Shown here in pieces: positions 1-9,300 of a stretch of 64,000 nucleotides of DNA. The stretch is from positions 3,680,001-3,744,000 of the forward strand of contig CBDCXR010000004.1 of the NCBI GenBank assembly GCA_965223845.1, read 5' to 3'. Positions within the stretch are counted from its first letter, which is position 1. Each line of letters begins with the position of its first letter. A model generated the notes under the pieces. It ran no database searches and had not been told where the DNA came from. It saw nothing but the letters and a program-made list of their open reading frames with translations. Made by a program: the position numbers and the translations under genes. This DNA comes from Planctomycetota bacterium. GTDB taxonomy: Bacteria; Planctomycetota; UBA8108; SXIK01.

Positions 1-495
1 GGGATGGACGATCGAACGATCATCCTCGACGGCTTTTCGAAGAGTTATTCCATGACCGGGTGGAGGGTCGGGTACGCGATCGTGCCGCCGGCGTTGGTGC
101 AGGCGTTCGAACGCTACAACGTCAACGTCGTCTCTTGCGCAGCGACGTTCAATCAGTGGGGTGCGCTAGCGGCGCTGGAGGGACCGCAGGATCCGGTGGA
201 GGCGATGGTGGACGAGTTTCGCGCCCGCCGCGACCTCCTCGTCGCCGGACTCAATCGAATCCGTGGCGTGAGCTGCCGCGTCCCTCGCGGGGCGTTCTAC
301 GCTTTCCCTTCGATCAAGGAGACCGGCAGGAGCGCGGCGGACATCGCCCACGATCTTCTCGAAGACGCAGGCGTCGCGGTTCTCCCGGGGACAGCGTTCG
401 GCGACCACGGCGAGGGACATCTTCGCCTCTCGTACGCGGCTTCGCGCGCGCAGCTCGCGGAAGCGATCGAGCGGATGGAACGCCATTTCGGCTGA
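1..495 (+). CDS. PLP-dependent aminotransferase class I/II (aspartate aminotransferase-like), 5' truncated by window edge
   Basis: DGFSKSYSMTGWRVGY PLP-lysine motif, GAFYAF, VAVLPGTAFG...LRLSYA. Confidence 0.9.
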   Translation, partial: GMDDRTIILDGFSKSYSMTGWRVGYAIVPPALVQAFERYNVNVVSCAATFNQWGALAALEGPQDPVEAMVDEFRARRDLLVAGLNRIRGVSCRVPRGAFYAFPSIKETGRSAADIAHDLLEDAGVAVLPGTAFGDHGEGHLRLSYAASRAQLAEAIERMERHFG

Positions 496-548
496 AGCGA
501 AGGCGACGATCGCGTCTGCGATCGCGGCTGAGATACGGGAGCGTAGTC

Positions 549-1625
549 ATGAAGCGCTGGAAAATCGCCGGGATCAACTTCGACCACATGCACATGGGAG
601 ACAACCTCCGCATGGCGTTCGAACATCCTCGCGTCGACATCGTCGCCCTGAGCGACGAGGACCCGGAGCGCATGGTCGACGCCGCGCGCGAGTTCAAGAT
701 CTCCGAGGAGAACTGCTACACGGACTACCGGCGCTGTCTCGAAGCGACCGAGCCGGATCTCGTGCTCCTCTGCCCCGCGACCGCGATGCACGGTGAGTGG
801 ACGGAAAGGATCGCGCCGTTTGGTGTCCACGTCATCATGGAGAAGCCCTTCGCGGCGACGGTCGCCGAGGCCGACGCGATGGTCGCAGCGATGGCGAAGG
901 GCGGCGGGCGTCTCGCGATCAACTGGCCGCTGGCTTGGTACCCACCGCATCTCACCGCGAAGCGGCTGATCGACGAAGGTAGAATCGGCGACGTGCGCGA
1001 AGTCCACTACTACGATGGCAACCGCGGTCCCCTCTACCACGTGGCCGACAAAGTGGAGACGACCGACGCGTACGTCGCCGCGCAGAAGCCACAGAGTTGG
1101 TTTTATAAGCGCGCGCACGGCGGCGGATCGCTCCTCGACTATCTCGGCTACGGAACGACGCTCGGGACCTGGTACCACGGCGGCGCGGCGCCGATCGAAG
1201 TGGCGTGCGTCGTCGATCAGCCCGCGGGACTCGAAGTGGACGAGCACAGCATCACCGTCGCTCGCTACGAGTACGGCTTGTCCCGCTTCGAGACGCGTTG
1301 GGGAACGTTCAGCGACCCCTGGACGCACCAACCGCAGCCGAAGTGCGGCTTCGTGATCTGCGGTACCGACGGAACGATCAGCAGCTACGACTACGAATCG
1401 ACGATCCGAGTCCAGACGCGCGACTGCCCAGAAGGACAAGACCTGCCGGTGGACGCGATCGCGAACCCGCGGCAAAATCCCATCCAGTACGTGGTCGATT
1501 GTCTCGAGCGCGACGTTCCCATCGAAGGTCCGCTCTCGCCGGAAACCTGTCGCGTCGGCCAACAGATCGTCGATGCCGCCGCGTTGAGCGCCGAGCGAAA
1601 GGAAGTCGTTCGACTCGGTGCGTAA
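549..1625 (+). CDS. Gfo/Idh/MocA family oxidoreductase
   Basis: ATG at 549 (MKRWKIAG); VIMEKPFA motif; GGGSLLDYLGYG. Confidence 0.85.
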   Translation: MKRWKIAGINFDHMHMGDNLRMAFEHPRVDIVALSDEDPERMVDAAREFKISEENCYTDYRRCLEATEPDLVLLCPATAMHGEWTERIAPFGVHVIMEKPFAATVAEADAMVAAMAKGGGRLAINWPLAWYPPHLTAKRLIDEGRIGDVREVHYYDGNRGPLYHVADKVETTDAYVAAQKPQSWFYKRAHGGGSLLDYLGYGTTLGTWYHGGAAPIEVACVVDQPAGLEVDEHSITVARYEYGLSRFETRWGTFSDPWTHQPQPKCGFVICGTDGTISSYDYESTIRVQTRDCPEGQDLPVDAIANPRQNPIQYVVDCLERDVPIEGPLSPETCRVGQQIVDAAALSAERKEVVRLGA

Positions 1626-1676
1626 TCGAAGACCGACCGGTCGACGGCACCGACCCAAAGCAGTGAGGCCAGACGA

Positions 1677-2249
1677 TTGAGTTTTCTCCGCCGCTCCGTT
1701 CCCGCTGCGCAGCTCTACGGCGAGATCTGCCAGCAGCTCGAAACGCTTCCACTCCGCCACGACCCGGCGAGCGAAGTGAGTGAGACTTACTCGCGGCTCG
1801 AAGGCATCTCGGACGAGGAGCTACTCGGCGCGAACATCGCCCGCCGCGACATGGTTCAGGCGGTGCGCTCGGGCCTACTCCTTCGCGCCGATCTCACCGA
1901 CGAATCGCACACGATTTCGCAGAGCATCTCCGCCAGCGAGGGAAGCTACTGGCACGGGATCATGCACCGCCGCGAGCCCGATTATTCGAACGCGAAGTAC
2001 TGGTTCCGTCGCGTAGGCGAGCATCCGCTCTTTACCGAGCTCGCGTCCTCGGAGCGCGTCCGCGAGCTCGACGAGAGCTCTGGCGGTCGCCTTCTTTCCG
2101 GGTCGCGCTGGGATCCGTACCACTTTGTCGACCTCTGCGAGGAGTGCGAGAGAAGTGAGGGGTCCGAGCTCAGATCTTCGCTCGAGGAGGCGCAGGCGAT
2201 CGAGATCGATCTGCTCCTCGAATTCTGCTTCGCGCGGGCGATCGCGTGA
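1677..2249 (+). CDS. Conserved hypothetical protein
   Basis: SHTISQ...YWHGIMHRREPDYSNAKYWFRRVG motif recognised as a conserved uncharacterised family; start uncertain. Confidence 0.7.
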   Translation: MSFLRRSVPAAQLYGEICQQLETLPLRHDPASEVSETYSRLEGISDEELLGANIARRDMVQAVRSGLLLRADLTDESHTISQSISASEGSYWHGIMHRREPDYSNAKYWFRRVGEHPLFTELASSERVRELDESSGGRLLSGSRWDPYHFVDLCEECERSEGSELRSSLEEAQAIEIDLLLEFCFARAIA

Positions 2250-2683
2250 CTCTCCCGCGCGACCGAAACCCGCCCGAGCGGCGCCGAGCCGGTCCCGCGG
2301 CCTTGCTCGCGGCGGCGACGATCGTCCTAGCCGCTCTGACCTCGTCCTGCCGGAAGATGGAGCTCCGGCGTGCGATGACGATCGTCCAGACGCGGTTTAC
2401 CGCGCTTTCGGAAGCGCAGGAGCGCGGGCTGCGCGAGCCGGCGAACTTCGAGATTCGAGAGCTGGGGCGCAGTCTCGAGCGAGCCCTCCTCGACGAGCGG
2501 ATTATCCGCGCGAACGCCTTCGCCGACGAGACCGAGTTCCAATCACTCCTCGCCGAGACGGTCGACGCGGTCCGGTCCATACAGCACCGCGCGAAGGCGT
2601 TCGACGCGGCGGAACTCTGGGACGCGCGGAGTGAGATCTCCTACTCGTGCCAGAACTGCCACGATCGATACCGCGGGCACTGA
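2246..2683 (+). CDS. Exported class II (c'-type, four-helix) cytochrome c
   Basis: N-terminal hydrophobic signal ending LTSSC; helical body; C-terminal CQNCHDRYR heme motif; 4-bp overlap with upstream gene. Confidence 0.75.
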   Translation: MTLPRDRNPPERRRAGPAALLAAATIVLAALTSSCRKMELRRAMTIVQTRFTALSEAQERGLREPANFEIRELGRSLERALLDERIIRANAFADETEFQSLLAETVDAVRSIQHRAKAFDAAELWDARSEISYSCQNCHDRYRGH

Positions 2684-2846
2684 TCCGCGGAGCGTATCGG
2701 GACTTCCCCGCGCGGAAAACTCCGGTGGAGAAGCCCGTTCCGTACGCTAGCGCCGCGCGATCGCGAGCTCAACCGTAGCTCGATCGAACGACGCACCCGA
2801 GCCGAGCGCCTCCCGTACTCGACTCCTGCGCCGCGTCCACGAGGAG

Positions 2847-2874
2847 CGAAACCCCTCAGCGGTCGCGCCGTCGA
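2847..2874 (+). promoter_or_regulatory. Putative ECF sigma promoter CGAAAC-N16-CGTCGA upstream of the HEAT/HD-GYP/kinase operon
   Basis: GAAAC 2848-2852 and CGTC 2869-2872; same motif and spacing as sites at 36558-36585 and 38150-38177. Confidence 0.4.
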
Positions 2875-3055
2875 GAGACGCGGAGGGGGCCGAGTTTCGC
2901 ACTCACGATCCGCGCCTTCGACGCCGAGGCACGGCCGAACGTGAGCTTATCGGCCGGCGGCTTTGCCGCCGCGGAGAACGAGTTCTACTCTTCTCCAGTA
3001 ACTACGGCATTCTCGCTTCGCCGTGTCCCCGCTTGCCCACGGAGCAGTGTGAAAC

Positions 3056-4903
3056 GTGTCATCGCAATCCAGCGGAAAGATCCTCAACGTGCCGGGAGTC
3101 GACGCGGGCTCCGCGTCCGGCTCATCGCCTGGCGGTGCGACATCGACCGGAGGGGCCGCGACTGGCGGTACGGCCGGTGGCGGCGCACAAGAGAAGAAGC
3201 CAGTGCCCTGCCTCGAAGAGGTGAAGACGTTCGTCCAGAACGTCGTCGTCGCGGAGAAAAATCTCCAGCTGTACCCGCCCTTCTCGAAGATCGTCAGGCT
3301 CTCCGCGGAGAAGCTTCACGACTCGCTCGAGGCGTTCAACGAAGCGTCTTCGACACCGCTTCAGCTTTGGGTGAGCCAGAAAGACTTCCTCTACGAGGAC
3401 GCCGTCGTCTACCACGAGGAACACACCGGGAAGAGTCTCGCGTACCGCCTCTACACCGACGGCATTCGCTCGATCACGTTCAATGAGGAGACGACGGCCG
3501 AAGAGCTGAACGACTTCGTTCTCTGCTTCCGGGAGCTCCGGAACTGCGGCGACGACGAGAACGACTTCGGTACCGTCTTCTGGGAAAAAGACTCCACCCA
3601 CATTCAGCTCCAGATCGTCGACGACACGGATATCACGGCGGACGACGAGATTCCGGACGTCCCGAAATCCGGCCTCTTGTCGATGGGCTTCCAGCTCGAG
3701 CGCCTCGACATCAGCCACGAGGAAGAGGAGCGACTCAAGGCCGAGCTCAGCGAACGGCTGCAGACCGACGAGGGCGACGCGACCTTCGAGCTCTCGGCTG
3801 AGGAAGCCGAGCGCATCGACGAGCTCGCGAAAAAGGAGGAGGAGTACTTCCCCGTCTACGACTTCGTCGACGTTCTCATCGAGCTGATGGTAAAGAACGG
3901 GGATCCGGAGGCGTTTAACGAGTCCGCGAAGATGATCCGGGCGATCGCCTTCGCCCTCGTCGAGAACCTCGACTTTCATCACGCCGCGGGCCTCCTTCGC
4001 AAGCTGTCGACTGAAGCGCACCCCGGCCTCACCGCCGATCACAAGCGACAGATCCGCGAAATGATCGGCAGCTTCTGCGATCGCCAGACGCTCGAGATCC
4101 TCAGCTCCTACCTGAAAGAACACGCCCACCTGAGCCCGGACCACGGGATCTTTCTCTTCCTCCGGGTCTTCGATCGGAACGCGGTGAAGTCGTTCTGCCA
4201 GTTCCTCGAACATCGAGCGCACCACGAGGCGATGACGAACGTGCTCCTCGAAATCGGCCGCGACTCCGGCCGCGTGTTCGCGCAGCTCCTCGACAGCCCG
4301 AGCCCGGAGATCGCCCAAGGTGTCTTGAGAATCGTCGCACAGATCGAGGACGAAAAGCGGCCACAGCGCATCGCGTCGGCGCTCAAGCATCCCGACGAGA
4401 AGGTTCGCCACTACGCGGCGAAGCTGATCCTCGAGCTCGACGATGAGGACGCTGCGTCCCATCTGCTCGCGCTTCTCGACGAGGATCAAAAGCAGCTCCT
4501 TCACTTCGGCCTTCAATTCTTCGCCCAGGCCGAGTGTCCGGAGGCGTACTCGCGACTTCTCGCGTTGAGTGAATCTAAGCGGTTCTTCACGCTCGACAAG
4601 TCCCGCCAGACGCTGTGCTTCAAAGCGCTCCTCAAGTCGGATTCGAATCGCGCGCTCGAGTACCTCACGACGAAGCTGCTGAAGGGCGTCCTTACATTCG
4701 GCGCTAAGGCCCGAAGGCGTAAGGCTGCCGCGCTGCTCGCTCTCTCGGCGAGCAGCGACGACCGATCGATCAAGACGCTTCAGCGCTTCGCCGCGAAGGA
4801 GCGAAGCGCACTCTCCTCGACAGCCAAGCACGCGCTCCGCCTGATGGTCACCGAAGCCGACACCGACTGCGCCACGACCGAGAAGGAGGCCGCGCATGTC
4901 TGA
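3056..4903 (+). CDS. HEAT-repeat-containing protein
   Basis: C-terminal HEAT-like repeats (LLDSPSPEIAQGVLRIV, ALKHPDEKVRHYAAKLI); N-terminal LYPP domain; GTG start. Confidence 0.75.
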   Translation: MSSQSSGKILNVPGVDAGSASGSSPGGATSTGGAATGGTAGGGAQEKKPVPCLEEVKTFVQNVVVAEKNLQLYPPFSKIVRLSAEKLHDSLEAFNEASSTPLQLWVSQKDFLYEDAVVYHEEHTGKSLAYRLYTDGIRSITFNEETTAEELNDFVLCFRELRNCGDDENDFGTVFWEKDSTHIQLQIVDDTDITADDEIPDVPKSGLLSMGFQLERLDISHEEEERLKAELSERLQTDEGDATFELSAEEAERIDELAKKEEEYFPVYDFVDVLIELMVKNGDPEAFNESAKMIRAIAFALVENLDFHHAAGLLRKLSTEAHPGLTADHKRQIREMIGSFCDRQTLEILSSYLKEHAHLSPDHGIFLFLRVFDRNAVKSFCQFLEHRAHHEAMTNVLLEIGRDSGRVFAQLLDSPSPEIAQGVLRIVAQIEDEKRPQRIASALKHPDEKVRHYAAKLILELDDEDAASHLLALLDEDQKQLLHFGLQFFAQAECPEAYSRLLALSESKRFFTLDKSRQTLCFKALLKSDSNRALEYLTTKLLKGVLTFGAKARRRKAAALLALSASSDDRSIKTLQRFAAKERSALSSTAKHALRLMVTEADTDCATTEKEAAHV

Positions 4904-6350
4904 CGAAGCCAGCATCTCACTCGCGAAAGTCCTCAATACGGGAGTGCGAAAGCACGGAAAGACGATCCTCACGAATCTCTCCGTCGCGCTCAAGGTGACG
5001 AAGCTCTACGACCCTTCGCACCAGAACGTCCGCAATGCGCTGAATGAGCTCCTCGAGCTCCTCCAGGGCTTCCTCCGCGTCCAGGGGCACGTCAACCTCA
5101 CACGCATCGACGATTTTCTCTTCCTCAATGACGTTCGCATCCAGGTCGACGCCGGCGGATACGAAATCTACTGTCACATCGTCGAGCTCTTCAAGGAACG
5201 CGAGATCGGCGAGATCAGCTTCGCGACCGGTCTCACGGCGACGGAGCTCGAAAAACTCGTCCTCATGCTGAACGAGTCCCCGCCGGAGTGCGATCAGCCC
5301 TGGGACGAGTTTTGCGAGATCCTCTCCCGTCACACTCTGCCGAACGTTTGCTTCTCGAAGCACGAAAAGCGCTTCGATCACTACGACGAGGACGTCCAAG
5401 ACGACCGCGTGACGATCATCCAGACGTTCTTCAAGGCGATCGCGACGACCGGGAAGGCATTCAAATCCGTCGAGTCGGGACGTCGGATCAACCTGAAGTC
5501 GATCAAGACGGCCGTCCACGCCATGGTCGATCTGACGCTGAACGCCGAGCACCTTCTCCTGGGGCTGACGAACGTTCGCGATCACGGCACGCCCGGTGCG
5601 AACCACGCCGTCAACGTCGCCGTGCTCTCGATCGCCACCGGGGCTCGCCTCGGTCTCTCGAAGCGCATCCTCGGTGACCTCGGAATCGCAGCGCTGCTCC
5701 ACGATCTCGGCAAGGTCGGCTTCGAAGACGATCTGCGCGCAAGCCGCCTCGACACTCTCGAGGGGGACCGATTCGAGGAGTACTTCAGCCACGTCTACAC
5801 CGGGACCGAGCATCTGCTCCGGCAGAGCATGGTCCACCAGATCGTGAAATCGATGAACGTGGCCTTTCTCCATCACTACCGCTACGACCGGACCGGCTAT
5901 CCCCAGCTCATGAGCGCGAAGGAGCAGAATCTCTTCACGCGTATCGTGAGCATCGCGGACCACTACGACAACCGACTCACCGCGGGTCGCTTCGGCGGCG
6001 ATCCGGACACGCCGGAGGTCGTGCTCCGCGACCTCCTCGGCCGCGGCGGCACGGAGTTCGACCCGCTCGTCGTGAAGGCGTTCGTCAACCTGATGGGCCT
6101 CTATCCCGTCGGCTGCATGGTGCGCCTCGACACGAACGAGGTCGCCACCGTCGTCGCTCCGCCGTCCCATCCTCGCTACCTCGACCGCCCCACCGTTCGC
6201 CTCGTTTGTGACGAGCTCGGCCAGTCGGGAGACTCCGTCTACAACCTGATGGACCGCGACGCGGCCGGGAACTTCCGGCGCTCGATCCTGAAGCTCTACC
6301 AGCAGGAAGAGGTTCAGCTCGAGCTCGACGAGTACCTCGCCGTGATTTGA
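4896..6350 (+). CDS. HD-GYP domain protein (cyclic dinucleotide phosphodiesterase family, partly degenerate)
   Basis: NHAVNVA, LLHDLGK, HHYRYDRTGYP, IVSIADHYD, FDPLVVKAF, GLYPVG. Confidence 0.85.
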   Translation: MSDEASISLAKVLNTGVRKHGKTILTNLSVALKVTKLYDPSHQNVRNALNELLELLQGFLRVQGHVNLTRIDDFLFLNDVRIQVDAGGYEIYCHIVELFKEREIGEISFATGLTATELEKLVLMLNESPPECDQPWDEFCEILSRHTLPNVCFSKHEKRFDHYDEDVQDDRVTIIQTFFKAIATTGKAFKSVESGRRINLKSIKTAVHAMVDLTLNAEHLLLGLTNVRDHGTPGANHAVNVAVLSIATGARLGLSKRILGDLGIAALLHDLGKVGFEDDLRASRLDTLEGDRFEEYFSHVYTGTEHLLRQSMVHQIVKSMNVAFLHHYRYDRTGYPQLMSAKEQNLFTRIVSIADHYDNRLTAGRFGGDPDTPEVVLRDLLGRGGTEFDPLVVKAFVNLMGLYPVGCMVRLDTNEVATVVAPPSHPRYLDRPTVRLVCDELGQSGDSVYNLMDRDAAGNFRRSILKLYQQEEVQLELDEYLAVI

Positions 6351-6391
6351 TCGACGAGGTTCCCGGCCGCCGCCGGGCAGAAAGCGCGACC

Positions 6392-9300
6392 ATGACCGAA
6401 GGGATTCTGAACGAGCGATTCCGCATCACGCGGGAGTTGGGTCAAGGCGGAATGGGCAAGGTCTACCTGGTCGAGGACCAGGGGCGCGACGGCCAGCTCA
6501 TGGCGCTGAAGACGATGCTCTCGAAGGACGTCGACGAGACCTTCCTCGAGGCGTTTCGGCTAGAGTTCGCCGAGCTCGCGAAGCTGCGGCACCGAAACGT
6601 CGCGGCCGCGTACGACTTCGGAAAGATCGCCAGCACGGGCGAGCACTTCTTCACGACGGAGTTCATCGACGGCGTCGATCTGATGCGCGGCACGCGCGGC
6701 GTCAGCTTCGATCTCCTTCTCGACGTCACCGCGCAGCTTCTCAAGGGGCTCGATTTTCTTCACCGCAGCGGCCTACTTCACAACGACCTCAAGCCCGCGA
6801 ACGTGCTCCTCGGAAACGGCGAAGAGCGACGAGGCCGCGGCCGCGGAAATCTCAGCCGCCTCGAATCGACGGTCTACGGACGGGCGGGCGAGGTGAAGAT
6901 CATCGACTTCGGCCTCGTCAGCGGAATGAATCTCGCGTGGGAGCGACCGCGTGGTACGCCCCGGTACATGTCACCGGAGCGCATCCTCTGCCATCCCGCG
7001 GACGGGCGCGCCGATCTCTATTCTCTCGGCTGCATGCTTTTTCTCCTCGCCGCTCGCCAGCCGCCGTTCCAAGAGAAGGACACGCGCGAGCTCCTCAAGC
7101 AGCATCTGCACTGCCCGCCGCCGCTTCTAAGCGCCGCGCAGCCGTCAATTCCTCAGGGGTATGCTCACTTCGTCGCGCGTCTTCTCGAGAAGAAGCCGGA
7201 AGACCGGTTTCCCGACTCCGCCGCCGCGCTCAAGAGCCTCGAAGCAGCATTCGGCCAGAGTGCGCCGGTCGAAGTTCGCGCCGCCCGACCGGAAATCGAG
7301 GTCGGAGCGCTCTTCGCCCGCGGCGAGGAGCTCGAGAAGCTCGAAGCGCGCCTGGCTGAAGTCTTCTCGTTGCGCGGCGCATGTCGATGCGTTCGCGTAA
7401 CCGGTCGCGCCGGAGTGGGGAAGTCTCGTCTCGTCGAAGAGATCAAGGGCAAGATCCAGGTTCGGAGCGGCGCGTTCGTCGAGGTGGCGGGAAGCGCGGT
7501 CGAGCGCCATCTGGGCCCACTTCTCGACGCCGTAGTCGCAGGGCTCCGGATGTGCGGCGCAGAAGATGTCGACGCGAGCGTCGAGCAGGCGATCGGGACG
7601 CTCGACACTCGCCGTCCCGGCGCCGAGATCGCCGACGGCCTCGAGCGGTTGCTTCTCCACCACGCGCGCCAGCGGCCGTTGATTCTTCATCTCGACGACT
7701 TTCAGAACGCCTCGAAGACGGTCCGTCTCTTCGCGGTGGGTCTAGCGAACGCGGTCCTCGACCTCGATCGCGACACCGCGGCAGACCAGTCGCTCCCGCG
7801 ACTTCTCCTCGTCGTGTCGCGCCGCTCGGAGTGCGACGGCGCCGACCTCGAGCTCGAGGGAGTCGACACGATCTCCCTCTCTCCGTTCGAGTCGGACGAT
7901 GCCCGTCAATTCGTTTGCCGCGCGTTCGGTCAAGACGATATCCCCACCCGCGTTCTCGACGCTCTCGTCTCCGCGTCGAGCGGGAACGCTCGATTCCTTC
8001 TCGAGCTCTCGCGCACGCTCGTCGAAAACGGCCACGTCTCGACTACCGGTACCAGCTGGGCGTTTCCCGACTCGCTCGAAACCGTGCCGCTCCCGCGGTC
8101 GATCCGCGACTCGATGGACCACCGCATCGGCCTCCTCGGAAACGACGCGCGGTCCGTTCTCGAATGGCTCGGCGCCGCGAGCGCGCCGCTCGGGCTCGTC
8201 GGCCTCCGACACTGCACCCAATTCGAGGAGCGGAAGATCGAACTCGTCGTCGACAAGCTCGTCCAGGCGGGATTCGTCTCGGCGGTCGACGAGGACGACA
8301 CGACGTTCTACGAGATCGCCTATCCGGATCTCCGGGCGGGCCTCGTCGATGGCGTCGATGAGAAGCGCCGCGCGTTTCTTCACCAGAGACTCGGGCAGGC
8401 CGCGGAGTCGATTGGAGCGGTCCTCGTGCGATCACCCGGCGAGCGCGCCGAGTTCCTCGCGCACCACTGGCTCGCCTCGGGAAACCATCCCGCGTTTCTC
8501 CGCTTCGCGCCGGAAGCCGCGGCTCACCTCCACCGGGGGGGGAACTTCGCGAAGGCGGTCGCGTACCACCAGCGGATCGCGGAATCACTCCCCGATGAAG
8601 CCGCCGCGAAGAAGATTCAGAGCTTCGTCAAGCTCTCGGAGATGCACGAGTTCCTGTGGAAGCTCGAAGCGAGCGAAGCCGATCTCGGCGTCGTCCTCAC
8701 GCTCGGAAAGGAGCTCCTTCGCCCGAGCGACAAACACGCGCTCCGGCGACGACTCCTCCAGCTCGCTCTCGGCCGCAACGATCTCGCGGTCGCGCGGAAG
8801 TATCTTCGCGCCGTGAAGAAGGGCTTGACGGACGATCAACCGCCGCTCGAACGACTCGCGATTCGCGCACCCGAAGCCTGGGTGCGTTGGCTTCAGGGTG
8901 ATTCGGCACGCGCGCGCGAAGGCCTCGAGATCGCGCGCGATCTCCTCGCTGCGTGCGCACCGACGAACCCGAAGGAGAAAGGGCTCGCGATCTCGGGCAG
9001 GAACTGGATCGCCAGCCTCCACCACCAGTGGTGGGATCTCGAAGAGGCGGAGTCTCTTCACCGCGAGAATTTGGCCGCGCTCGAAGGTCTCGACATGGCC
9101 CAGGCGGAGGCCTCGTGCCTCTGCTCGCTCGGCGGTGTGCTCCTCGACCAAAGTCGCCCCGGAGACGCCGTGGAGGCACTCGAGAGCGCCCTCGCCACCG
9201 CGAAGTCGATCGGCGACCGGCGCACGCTCTGTCGCACTCGCGAACGGCTCGGGGAGTATCACTTTCTCTACGGGAAGCTGAAGACCGCGCTGCAGGTGAC

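Noticed and set aside
60-548. N-terminal extension of the Gfo/Idh/MocA ORF given in the track
   Set aside because: Overlaps the aminotransferase in another frame; the real start is ATG 549 with a GGGAG RBS
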